DNA of 38,792 nt from Reclinomonas americana ATCC 50394 (lineage: Eukaryota): positions 24,102 to 62,893 of the forward strand of contig PS015198.1 of the NCBI GenBank assembly GCA_048213135.1. Direction: 5' to 3'. Each line of letters opens with the position of its first letter. Position 1 is the first letter of the stretch. A program made the translations under genes and the position numbers. This document shows, piece by piece, positions 21,777 to 33,965 of this stretch. Under the pieces are notes generated by a model, which saw only the letters and a list, made by a program, of their open reading frames with translations, was not told the origin of the DNA and ran no database searches.

Positions 21777-24700
21777 AAGAAGAAGAAGAAGAGGAGGAGG
21801 AGAGAGAAAGACTGCATTGTTGAGATAACGAGAGGAATGTGTTGCTGCCTACTGTAAGAGAGATTGACAATGTGAGAAGCGCGGCAAGCTGGTCACATGT
21901 GCGAGACAGAAGGAACAAGGAGAAGAACAGAGCGTCTAGTCACCCTGCTTGTTTCTGTGCTCATTCTTTCTGTACTCTCTGTTTCCTCTCTCAGTGAAGC
22001 TGTTGATCCACAGAGCGTTTCTTCTTCTTCTTCTTCTTCTTCTTCGTCTTCTTCTTTGTGATCCACACAAACAAGGCGAGTGGCAACCCATTGCTTCCAT
22101 TATTCAACAGACACGGACTCTCTTCTCCTTCTCCTTCTTTCTGTTTCTATACTGAAGAGGTGACAGGTAAGCCATTCTTCTCCTCGTTTCGAATCGACGC
22201 ACGCTGTTTCGTTTTCTATTCCTTGCTGCCCCACACTCGCACGGTGACGCACAACACATTATTCTCAATAGTTGAATGAGACAGACATTTCTTTCTCCCT
22301 CTACTTTTCTCTGTTCCACAGTAAAAGGACATAGACTCTCTATTTCTCCAAGGTACGCATCCAGCAATCCATTGTTTCAATCGATGCAGACATTTTTGCT
22401 TTTCCGTCCCACACCAAGCCCACGCTCGCTAATTCAATCTCTTATCCTCTTGTCCTTCTTCTTGCTGTCTCGCACGAATAAGCAACAGGCACACCATTCT
22501 CCTCCCCTCTCCATTCCCTATTCTCTCACGCTCTGATAAGTTCAATCTCTTCCTCTCGTTCTTCTTCTTGCTGTCTCACATGGACAAGCAACATGCAAAC
22601 CACTCTCGTCCTCCTTCCCACCCTTTCCCTATTCTGCCTCCCCAATCCTTTCTCGTCGCGCCCACCCTTTCCTTTATCCCCACCCTTTCTCTTATCTCAC
22701 CCTTTCCCTATTCTCCCTCCCCACCCTTTCCCTTTTTTCCCCTTTTCACGAAACTTCCGCTAATCTCTCCGCAAACACCGCCCAGTAATCGCGCGTGGCA
22801 CGCGGCAGAATAAACTCGCTGTACACCGTAATGGCCGTGCGGAACTGCTTGCGCTCCCTCCACAAGTGCGCGGCGTAGTAGTCGGCGATCTCCACCACAG
22901 ATTTCACCCTATTGGCAAGTGAGTCACGAGTCACCTTCCCCGATTTGTCCATCAACCGCGCAACTGATTCGCTGTCTTGGCCGCCTGCGTGGCGTCCGTA
23001 AATCTCCCCTCCATGACAAACGAGAGCACCCTGTGATCCCATCCCCCGTGTCAGTCCCAGTGAGAGCCTCTCAGAATGCAGTCTGCAATGACGCACCTCT
23101 CGGCCGTGTTCAGTGGTCTCAGCAGGTACACCTCCGAGTCGAGCACGAAATACACCACCGGCACGTCGCGCGTGTTGGTGGAGGTCGAGTGGCGCCCAGA
23201 GTAACCGGGTCGGCTGATGGAGCCGAAGGAGCCGAGTGGTTGCATGCCGTCGAGGAGGGGGGACTCCTGAGAGGAGGGTGAGGCGCCAAAGAGGAAGGGG
23301 GGAGAAAAGGGAAAAGAAAAAGGGAGAAGAAAGGGAGGAAGGGAGAGGAGGAGGGGATAGGAAAGCGAAAAATGATAGGCTGGGGGAGAAAGAGAATTGT
23401 ATCTGTCTCTCTGCACCTTCTCTCTACACGCACAGCAAGAATGAGCGAGAGATCAGTTGGATCACGCATTTCCTCACATGCATCTGCAGAATTTAAGAGC
23501 CTCTCTTTGTCTCTAACGTGCTGAAGCATTCGCTTCTTCTGTTTTATGTCTCTGTTCTCACCCGTCTCGCGCACACACACATCAAGGATGAGCAAGAGCT
23601 TTGACGGAAAATGCGCTTCCTCAATGCATCAAAGCAAGAGACTCTCTTTGTCCCTTGCTTGCTCCTGCTCCTTCTGCAAATTTCTCTCCCATCTCTCACA
23701 CCGTGTAACAAGAATGAGCGAGAGATCTGACGGACCATGCTTTTCTCACAAGGCATCTGCGGATCTCTCGTTGTCTCTTCGCAGTATCTCGCTTCCCTCA
23801 CACACATACAGAAAGAACTGGTGAGAGATCTGACGGATCATGCCTTCCACGCCTACATCTGCAGACTTTGTCAACCTCTCACTGTCTTGTTCCTCCCTGA
23901 AGCATTTCGCTTCTTCTGTTTTCTGTCTGTCTTCTCCCGTCTCACACCCGCAGAAGAGAGAAAGAGCGGGAGAACTGTCATATCATACCTTCCTCGCATC
24001 ACGTGTCTCTCTTGTTTCTCTCAACTCGCTCCTTTTCTTGCTCTTCCACATCACAAGCTCACTCTCATCCTTCTCCTATCACCTCCCTTCTCCAGATTCC
24101 CTTCCCCACCCATCCCTCTCACGCAACTTCCATTATTGTCGATGCATGCATATCAAACGTCGTAAACGTGCCGAAAAATCTGCAGCACTTTCAGTCACCC
24201 GCACACCCCCTTCACTCCTTCCATGCCCACTCACCTCCTCGCCGTCGAGTGCGGGAACGGCAACACCTGCTGAAACTCAAAATCGGGCGCCGCCGAGTAC
24301 AGCGACACCACGGGAATGGAGTGTTGGCGCGTGTCGGAGGCGCGCAGCTCGAGCGGGACAAAGAACTGCACGAGCTGGCTCGTTGCCGGCACCTCCTCGG
24401 TGACCACCACGACCTTGTCGTCGATTTCGGCCACGGCGACGACGGGGGCAGTGTGGTCGAGCACGCTGTTGATTTGGATGGCGGCGCTGAAAGAGGGAAG
24501 GGAAAGGGACGAAGGGCAAAGGGAAGTGAGATTGCATCGAAGGGAGAGGGGCGAAAATGGATTGCGTGTGAGACCGAGCACAACAAGGGACTCGAAAAGA
24601 GCAGCGATGGATGTAAATGCGTGCAAGAACAAGAGAGGCAAGCGGAAAGGGTTGAGAGCAGGAGAGCAGCAGTGGATGGAATGCGTGTCGTACAAAAGAG

Positions 24701-27700
24701 AGCATGGGAAGAGGTGCACGCGCGTGTGGAGCGCATCACGAAGAGACAGGGAGATGAAACACAAGAGAGACGTTGTAATAGCAACGGATTGTATGCATGT
24801 GACAGAAAGAGAGGCTCGCGTCAATGACGGAAGCAACGAGACAGGAGAGCAGTGAAGGATGCAACGAGACAGGAGAGCAGCAACGTATGCGTGCCCATCA
24901 ATGAGAAAAAAGAGAAGGAGGACAGGCAAGGAGGACAACAATGGATAAGAATGCGAGCGAGAGCAATGGCGGCGCTTGTCTCGCAAAACAATTGAGTGGA
25001 GAGCTGTGCTCTCTCATTCGGCCGTGCTACCTTAGTCTCTCCCACTTCGAAGACTCCTCCTACTCAGTGACTCTCTTCCTCACACTCCTTCTCCTCTTCC
25101 TCCTCTTCAAGAACAACCATCAAGTGGGACATAAAGACACCGCAAATGGGAACAGGAGTCCAGACAGAGATGGGCTCGAGGCACACCGAACAAAGCACGC
25201 AAAACGAAAGAGCACACCAGCAGGAAGGAGAGGCACATGTGTGAGGACAGAGTAGGCGGTGTGGAAGAATAAGAGACAGTCCGTGTGTGGGTAAGAGCAA
25301 CTAAGTGGGACATAAAGACACCGCAAATGGGGACAGGAGTCAGACAGAGATGGGCTCGAGGCACAAAAAAGGAGGCACGCAAACGAAATGGCATACCAGC
25401 AGGAAGGAGAGGCACATGTGTGAGGACAGAGTAAGAAGGTGTGGAAGAATAAGAAAGTGATTCCGCGTGTCTGTGAGCGAGAGAGTGACGGGCCGGAATG
25501 AGAACCTCTCTCTCTCTCTCATGCACACACTCTCCCTCCCTCCCTCCCTCCCTCCCTCCCTCCCTCCCTCCCCATCCCTTCACCCTTTCCCATACACGCA
25601 ACGAATCCTGCATCAACTTCCTCCCGTCAATGACGAACAGACTGCATCCGCTCGTCACATAGATGCTGGCGTTGCCGAGGAAGAAGTTGACGGCTGCCAC
25701 ACAGAGATGAGTCATCGTAGCCGGCAAACACCTCCACATCCGACGCAACGAATATCGGGACGATCGTAAAAGCGCACGAGAATCTGCTGCCGTCGGAGGC
25801 TGTACACCACGACCTCCTCGTTGTTGGTCAGCACGAAACGGTCGCTGCGATCACGACAGAGTCAGTTTCTCCTCCCGATGCACTCTTTGTTTGACAGCGC
25901 GCAACTTCAAGTGCACAATCTTGGTCACGGGAAGGTGCGGATTCTGCAGCTTCACCACCACCGACGCACTGTGGCCGATGATCAGGCGGATGCCGCGCTT
26001 CACCACGCGACCGGCCACGCCGCAGTACACAACGCCCATGTTCTCGCCGAGGGGTTCAGTGACGCAGAGGCTGTGGACTGTGTGGGGGGATGGTGAGGGC
26101 AGGGAGGAGGAGGAAGGAGAAGGGTGAGCAGGCACGGAACTGGGTGTTTCGAGGGATTTGCCAAAGGCCAGCACAGAGTCGTCGAGAAAGTCGTATACCA
26201 TGATGCGGCCGTCTTGGCCGCCGCTGACGACGGCGGTGTCTTGCAGGCAGATGGAGAGGACGGCACCCTGTAAAAAGGGGAAGGGGGGTGTAAGGGAATG
26301 GGGGACAAGGGGGAAGGAGGAGGAAGAAGAGGAGAAGATGAAGAAGAGGAGAACGCCCTCTCTGTCTCTCACACACTCTCACTCCGTCTCTCGCTCTCAC
26401 TCCCTCTCAAGGAAAAACGAAGGAAGAAGGAGGAGGACGAGAACACATCCTCCTTCCCTTCTCCCTCGCCCGTTTCTGTCATTCTGCGTCACTCGCCTCA
26501 CATGTTCTCTGTCTCTTGGAAAAGTGAGGAGGAAGGTAAGAGGAACACTGTCTCTCTTTCTTCTATTCTGTCCGCTCTTTCTCTCTCCGTTTCTCTCTCT
26601 CTCTCTCTTGTGAAGAAGAACGAGAAGATAAAAACGACGACGGAGACTGAGACTACATCCTCTCACTCTCTCTTGAAGAACAAGAAGAGGGAAAGGATGA
26701 GGGACGAGAGGAGAAGAAGAGGAACACTGTCTCTTTCTCTCTCAAGAACAAGAACAAGAACAAGAAGAACGGAGAAGATGAGAAGACAGCAGTCTCTCTC
26801 CCTCTGTGAAGAAGAACGAGAAGATGAAAACGACGACGGAGACCGAGACTACAGCCTCTCACTCTCTCTTGAAGAACAAGAATAGGGAAAGGGCGAGGGA
26901 CGAGAAGAGGAGAAGAAGCTCTCTCAAGAAGAAGAAGAAGAACAACAACAACAACAAGAACGGAGACGATGAGAAGACAGCAGTCTCTCTCCCTCTCTGA
27001 AGAAGAACGAGAAGATAAAAACGACGACGGAGGCTGAGACTACAGCCTCTCACTCTCTCTCATGAAGAACAAGAAGAGGGAAAGGGCGAGGGACGAGAAG
27101 AGGAGAAGAAGCTATAAGAGGAACAAGAACAAGAAAAACGGAGAAGATGAGAAGACAGCAGTCTCGCTCTCCCTCTCTGAAGAAGAACGAGAAGATAAAA
27201 CCGACGACGGAGACTGAGACTACAGCCTCCCTCTCTCTCTCTCTTGAAGAACAAGAAGAGGGAAAGGAGGAGGGACGAGAGGAGAAGAAGAAGCTCTCTC
27301 AAAGAGAAGAAGAAGAAGAACAACAAGAACAAGAACGGAGAAGATGAGAAGACAGCAGTATCTCTCTCCGTTTCTGAAGAAGAATGAGAAGATGAAAACG
27401 ACGACGGAGGCTGAGACTACAGCCTCCCTCTCGCTCTTGAAGAACAAGAAGAAGAAGAAGAACAACAACAACAACAAGCACGGAGAAGATGAGAAGACAG
27501 CAGTCTCTCTCTCCCTCTCTGAAGAAGAACGAGAAGATAAAAACGACGACGGAGACTGAGACCACAGCCTCTCTCTCTCTCTCTCTCTTGAAGTACAAGA
27601 AGAGGGAAAGGATGAGGGAGAAGAAGAAGAGGAAACACTGTCTCTCTTTCTCTCTCGTGTCACTCTCTGTCACACATACACTTTCTCTCTCAGGAAGAAG

Positions 27701-28290
27701 AAGAAGCAGCAGCAGAAGAAGAAGATGAAGAGAGAGAAGAAGAAGAAGAAGAAGAAGAAGAAAAACAAGAAGAAGAAGAAGAACAAGAACAAGAACAAGA
27801 AGAACGGAGACGATTAGAAGACAGCAGTCTTTTCNNNNNNNNNNNNNNNNNNNNNNNNNNNNNNNNNNNNNNNNNNNNNNNNNNNNNNNNNNNNNNNNNN
27901 NNNNNNNNNNNNNNNNNNNNNNNNNNNNNNNNNNNNNNNNNNNNNNNNNNNNNNNNNNNNNNNNNNNNNNNNNNNNNNNNNNNNNNNNNNNNNNNNNNNN
28001 NNNNNNNNNNNNNNNNNNNNNNNNNNNNNNNNNNNNNNNNNNNNNNNNNNNNNNNNNNNNNNNNNNNNNNNNNNNNNNNNNNNNNNNNNNNNNNNNNNNN
28101 NNNNNNNNNNNNNNNNNNNNNNNNNNNNNNNNNNNNNNNNNNNNNNNNNNNNNNNNNNNNNNNNNNNNNNNNNNNNNNNNNNNNNNNNNNNNNNNNNNNN
28201 NNNNNNNNNNNNNNNGTTTCCCTCGGCTGTTCCACTGGCACACACACGTCGCGACGCACAAAACGCTTGCGCACTGGCCAGACTCTGAGG
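16401..28290 (-). CDS. VPS41: Vps41-like HOPS/CORVET subunit (N-terminal beta-propeller + alpha-solenoid); 5' end lost in gaps
   Basis: Exons 28290-28216 (AFCASRRVCASGTAEGN), 26268-26141, 26077-25906, 25844-25750, 25693-25603, 24486-24235, 23266-23097, 22908-22755, 21480-21321, 21258-21165, 21096-20826, 19895-19611, 18381-17901, 16573-16401. QLPLLEEYLP...YFRVLETFL..DYRTFLGCVTRWP and FLARV...D....YHADL resemble Vps41 motifs. One 1-nt phase conflict at 24235/23266. Confidence 0.65.
21530..21805. repeat. (GAA)n/(GGA)n trinucleotide microsatellite forming the pyrimidine tract of a Vps41-like intron
   Basis: Directly visible. Confidence 0.9.
25120..25455. repeat. About 180-bp direct tandem duplication (2 copies) in a Vps41-like intron
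   Basis: aagtgggacataaagacaccgcaaatggg at about 25122 and 25303, with similar continuations. Confidence 0.9.
26610..27834. repeat. Intronic tandem array of about 150-200 bp purine-rich units (about 6 copies)
   Basis: gaagaagaacgagaagat(a/g)aaaacgacgacggag.c.gagac.aca.cctc recurs at about 26612, 26808, 26999, 27179, 27376 and 27521. Confidence 0.9.
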
Positions 28291-29123
28291 CTAAAAAGAG
28301 AGAGAGTGAGAGAGAGTGAGAGACAGAGAGAGAGTGAGAGAGAGAGGAGGGGAAGGGTGGGGTTGTGAGAGAGAGAGAGAGAGTGAGAGAAAAGGGTGCG
28401 ACATGTCTCACAGAGAGACAACAGAGAGCGCACAGTGTGTGAGAGTGTGTGGAGAGGGAGTGAGAGGGGAGAGTGTGTGAGAATGAGTGAGTGAGTGTGA
28501 GTGTGTGTGTGTGTGTCAACTCATGCATCTTTCATCTCAAAATGTGTTTGTGTGTGAGAGTGTGTGAGAGTGTGTGTGTGTGTGTGTGTGTGTTGTGTGT
28601 ATGTGAGTGTGAGTGAGTGAGTGAGTGAGTGTGTGTGAGAGTGTGTGTGTGTGTCAACTCATGCATCTCTTAACTATCAATGTGTTTGTGTGTGTGAGAG
28701 AGAGTGAGAGAGAGAGAGAGAGTGTGTGTGTGTGTGAGTGAGTGTGAGAGTGTGTGTGTGTGAGTGTGCAAGAGTGTAAGTTGACTGCAACACTCTCACA
28801 TTCACTCACACACTCACTCTCTTTCTCACACTCTCTCTCTCACTCACTGCACTTCTCTCTTATCTTCTCTCTCTCTCTCTCTCTCTCTTTGTGTGTGTGT
28901 GTGTGGGTAGGGGGNNNNNNNNNNNNNNNNNNNNNNNNNNNNNNNNNNNNNNNNNNNNNNNNNNNNNNNNNNNNNNNNNNNNNNNNNNNNNNNNNNNNNN
29001 NNNNNNNNNNNNNNNNNNNNNNNNNNNNNNNNNNNNNNNNNNNNNNNNNNNNNNNNNNNNNNNNNNNNNNNNNNNNNNNNNNNNNNNNNNNNNNNNNNNN
29101 NNNNNNNNNNNNNNNNNNNNNNN

Positions 29124-29173
<50 letters not shown>

Positions 29174-29185
29174 CGTCTCTCTCTT

Positions 29186-29233
<48 letters not shown>

Positions 29234-29476
29234 ATTCCGTTCCATTCCATCGTCTCTTCCCTCAGTTCACTCCTCTTTCCCTTCTCTCATTCTGCCATTT
29301 TCACTACTCGTCTCCGGGTGCTTGCTTGCCTTCACTGCTCCCCTCTCACACACTTCGCATCCTTTCCTTGTCACTCTTTCTCGTCCTTGCTCTCTGCATC
29401 CACTCTCCCCTCTTCACCCCCTCCCCTCTTCACTCCGTTCCCTCTCACTCCCCTTCCTCCCTTCTTGCAGCCCACC

Positions 29477-31373
29477 ATGCGCGGCAACCTGCAACGCCGC
29501 GCCGGCACCGCCAAGTGGATCGCCGAACCCGACGACGATCTCCACCAATCCACTCCCCCGTCTCCCCCATCTCCCTCCTCCACCACCACCACCGCCTCCG
29601 GCAATCCGACTGCCGAGTTCCGCGACTGGTTCCGCACGCACGAGATGGGCAACTACTGGGGCGGCGACTGGCACCTCGCGCTGACCTCGGTGGTGTGCCT
29701 GACGGTGGCCGTGGCGTCGCTGGTGTTTGGCGTGCGCTGGGCCACGCTGCGGTGGTGGGAGGTGTTGACGGTGCCAGTGAGCTTTGTGTATGCAAAGTTA
29801 CTCACTCGCTCTCTATCTCTCTCACACACACGTTTCAGCCTCGTCTTACTTATCCTTCTCCCCTTCTCTCCTTCCTCCTCCTCACAGTGCCATCGAATAC
29901 TTTGGCCACAAGGGCCCGCTGCACCACCGCGGTGTGGCCGCCTTTGCCTACCGCCGCCACACGCAGATCCACCACCGCTACTTCAATCACACCAACATGC
30001 ATTGCGACTCGTGGGCCCTGGACGCCAAGGCGATTTTGTTCCCGCCGACCATGACGCTCTTTTTCGTGGTGCTGGCGATGCCGATGGCGTGGGTAGGTGA
30101 GTTGGGGCGGAAATGGGGAAGGGGGGAAAAGGAGGGGAAGGGGGAGGGAGGGAGAGAAGGGGAAAGACTTGCAAAGGGACTGAAGGAGAGAAGAGACAGA
30201 GTCATTTGCAGATATGTTGAGACGCGATCGCATCAGCGGAGTGTGCTTGCCGAGGAGAGAAAACAAGCCGAGAGGGGAAAGGCAGAGGCGCGAGGAAAAG
30301 AAGGCGATGAGTAGATGAGAAAGACACGTAAAGAGAGAAAGCAGGAGATTGTCGGAGTTAGAAGGGAGATAGAAAAGAAACGACAGAGTCACCTGCAGAC
30401 GTGTTGAGTAACAGTCGCTTCAGGAGTGTGCTCTCCAAAGGCAGGAAGTCGTCATTGGCGAACCGAGCGGGAATGAGAACGGAACAGAGAGGAGTGAGAC
30501 AGCCAACGACGAGTAAATGAGACAGACGCATAGAGAGACGAAGAAGAAGGGTAATAGAAAGATAGCCAGGGGGGAACGAAAGAGAATGAGAGAATGAAAT
30601 GAGATAATTCAAGATAGAAGGAGAGACAGTGTGAGAAGGCCGAGCAAGAGAAACTTGGAGTGGCAAAAAGAGTTGAGTGAGAAAGCCATGCGAAAGCAAC
30701 AGTATCAACAACAGAGAGATGAAGAGGAGCAGACTTAGGATGGGCATCGTGGGAAGCGCTTGGAAATGACAGAGGAGAGAAAGGAATGCAGAGAGAGATA
30801 ACGAAACAGCGCCGAGAGTGACAGAATCACTTGGGCGAGAATAATTTTGAGCGCGCTCACCACTTCTCCCTCTCACAGTGTCACTGCTGTTCACGACCAA
30901 CTGCGCGTTCCTCTGCACGGCCACGTGCATGGTGTACTACGTGAACTAGTTGCGTGCTTCCTCGCCCCCTCTTACCCCCATTGATGCTCACATCTCGCGG
31001 CAGTGAATTCCTCCATCTGGCGTGCCACATGCTGCCGCTGGACAAGCCGCAAACGTCGCTGCCGATGCGCCTGTTGGCCGCCATTGCGCAGCACCATCGC
31101 ATCCACCATCACAAGGAGCACGCGCTGCAGGGCAACTGGAACATCACATTCCCGCTTTTTGATTATCTGATGGGGTTGCGTTGGTGGAATGATGTGGTGG
31201 GTGGTGGTGGTGGTGGCGAGTGGACTCACTGATTGGTGCGCAGAACCAAGATCGACCCGGCGACGGTGAAGTTGCGGGGGTTTTGTATGCTCTTGTACTC
31301 GACGGTCAGACTCACTCCCGTTCTGTGCTGCAGGCCGGAGCTGAAGCCGACGACGAAGAAGGCGGGAAAGTAA
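29477..31373 (+). CDS. Fatty acid hydroxylase / sterol desaturase superfamily membrane protein
   Basis: Exons 29477-29796, 29888-30096, 30879-30948, 31004-31174, 31244-31270, 31334-31373. His boxes EYFGHKGPLHH, YRRHTQIHHRYF, YEFLHLACH and QHHRIHH, then NWNITFPLFDYLMGT. Lys-rich C-terminus KKAGK*. Confidence 0.9.
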
Positions 31374-32325
31374 ACGCCTGCAGTTGTCGTCCACTGCGCA
31401 ATGCAGAGGGAGAGAGAGGAAGGAAGAGGAGAGGCCAGAGTTTTGCTGATCCAAAGAGCAACACAGCTGCGCGAAGATCACCATGTTGAGTGAGCACCAG
31501 AAACTCAGCACGTGAATAGTGAGAACAAGTCGAGATGTCCAATGCTGGCGCTTCTGCAAGAGAAACCACGGCACGTGACAGGCATGGATTTGACGTCAAA
31601 TTCCAAAGAGGATTGCAGAAAGTAAGAGCGCTCTCCTGACTAGAGTCCACCAAGCCAGGTGGCTTGCTCTCGTAAGAGAGGAAGCCTACAGAAGCAAGGA
31701 ATTTGATTGTCCTCGACTTCGTGTTAACGTTCCGCAGCTAGCGCTCAACACTTCCATCAGTGTTGGTGTCAGAACTCGTACAGTAGGAAAACCCAACAAA
31801 GCCAGGCAACGTGCATGAAAGTCCGGGAAGGAACTGAGGCTGATATCGATGATATCGATGGTGTTGCTCTGACGACAAGAAGACGAGCTGCAATTGCGAA
31901 AGGTTTTGCATGCTCACGACTCCTGCGGGTAGTGTAATCACAAGCACTGTGCCACTCTCACCTGCACTCACTGGCCCAAGCCGGTCGTGGTTTCTCTTGC
32001 AGAAAGGCTTGAGAGCTCTGCAGATCTGCAAGCTGGTGCTCATCGATATCGCAACCCCGTTGCACTCTAGCTCGTTATGCAAGCTTTTCACGCGCGTACT
32101 CAAACGAATGCATCCTCTGCGCTTCTGTGACCTGTGAAAACGCGACAAATAAAACCTTACACAAAGTCCGTCGATTGACTCACTCACACACTCACTCACG
32201 GAAGAGCGTGGGCTTTGTTGATGGAAGTGGATGCGTCTGCAGGTGTGAGAGAGAGTGTGTGTGTGAGAGAGAGAGTGAGTGAGAGTGTGCCTCTAAGTGT
32301 GTGCTCTGTGTGTGTGTATGCATGT

Positions 32326-32362
<37 letters not shown>

Positions 32363-33287
32363 GTGTGTGTGTGTGTGTGTATGTTTGTGTGTGTGTGTAT
32401 GTTTGTGTGTGTGTGTATGTGTGTGTGTATGTGTGTGTGTAAGGCTGTGCTTGTGTGTATGTGTGTGTGAGAGAGTGTGTGTGTGTGTGCGTTCTTACAT
32501 TGAGTGAGAGTGTGCCTCTGCTCTTCTCTCTCACACGCACACTGCTCCCTTCTCTCTCCCTCTCTCTCCTTCTCTCTCCTTCTCTCTCNNNNNNNNNNNN
32601 NNNNNNNNNNNNNNNNNNNNNNNNNNNNNNNNNNNNNNNNNNNNNNNNNNNNNNNNNNNNNNNNNNNNNNNNNNNNNNNNNNNNNNNNNNNNNNNNNNNN
32701 NNNNNNNNNNNNNNNNNNNNNNNNNNNNNNNNNNNNNNNNNNNNNNNNNNNNNNNNNNNNNNNNNNNNNNNNNNNNNNNNNNNNNNNNNNNNNNNNNNNN
32801 NNNNNNNNNNNNNNNNNNNNNNNNNNNNNNNNNNNNNNNNNNNNNNNNNNNNNNNNNNNNNNNNNNNNNNNNNNNNNNNNNNNNNNNNNNNNNNNNNNNN
32901 NNNNNNNNNNNNNNNNNNNNNNNNNNNNNNNNNNNNNNNNNNNNNNNNNNNNNNNNNNNNNNNNNNNNNNNNNNNNNNNNNNNNNNNNNNNNNNNNNNNN
33001 NNNNNNNNNNNNNNNNNNNNNNNNNNNNNNNNNNNNNNNNNNNNNNNNNNNNNNNNNNNNNNNNNNNNNNNNNNNNNNNNNNNNNNNNNNNNNNNNNNNN
33101 NNNNNNNNNNNNNNNNNNNNNNNNNNNNNNNNNNNNNNNNNNNNNNNNNNNNNNNNNNNNNNNNNNNNNNNNNNNNNNNNNNNNNNNNNNNNNNNNNNNN
33201 NNNNNNNNNNNNNNNNNNNNNNNNNNNNNNNNNNNNNNNNNNNNNNNNNNNNNNNNNNNGCCACTCTGAGACATTCACACTTCTCTC

Positions 33288-33320
<33 letters not shown>

Positions 33321-33965
33321 CTCACTCTCTTGCTCTCTCTCTCTCTCTTCTCTCACACACGCACACACAGGCACAGCGATGAAGGGCGTTCTCTCTCACA
33401 CAAGTCTGAGACACTCACATTCTCTCTCACACACACATTACGCACACCCCTGTGCAGGGAAGAAGGGCGAGAGGCATTCGCTCTCTCTCTCTCTCTCTCT
33501 TGCTCTCTCTCTCTCTCACACACACAACCTCAGGCGCAGAGCGACTCCTCAGAAGAAACGACTCATTCACTTGCATTCCCTCCTTCACTCTCCCTCTTTC
33601 GCTGCAAAGTTGCATTCCACACTCACAAAGACACTCATTCTCACTCTCTTCGAGTCACAAACTCCGGAGTGAGAAAAGCTCGCCTTCGTTGTTGATGACA
33701 CGCTCGCAGACTGTCATTACGCTCTCGTTCGAGATCTTCTCTCTTTCATGCAGAGACGTCCTCGTTGCAGTCACATAACAGAGAGAGATGTGCACACACG
33801 CACGTATTGCTTACTCCATGCATCCCACTCGCGTTCTGCACTCTCTCTCTCTCTCTCTCGCACACACACACCCTCTCACTCTCTCTCTCTCCCTCCCTCT
33901 TTTCCTCTCCCTCTTCTTCTCTCCCTTTCCCTTCGCTCACTCCACTCCCTCTCCTTCTCCCGTAG

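Noticed and set aside
23255-24256. 1-nt phase conflict between two Vps41-like exons; a similar conflict occurs at 35736/36420
   Set aside because: Homopolymer runs lie next to both junctions, so a base-calling error is more likely than programmed frameshifting.
26298-27830. ORFs rich in E/R/K or L/S/F, and a superficially CRISPR-like periodicity
   Set aside because: These are translations of low-complexity tandem repeats. There are no unique spacers or cas genes, and the context is a eukaryotic intron.
1200-31277. Alternative reading of the shifted donors as G|TT...AGN introns, or a reassigned stop codon
   Set aside because: It would give K instead of the conserved N in GNGAPD and TAG instead of Tyr in YEFLH. 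TAA, TAG and TGA all terminate genes here.
31738-32199. 153-aa minus-strand ORF
   Set aside because: No recognisable motif or convincing splice structure.
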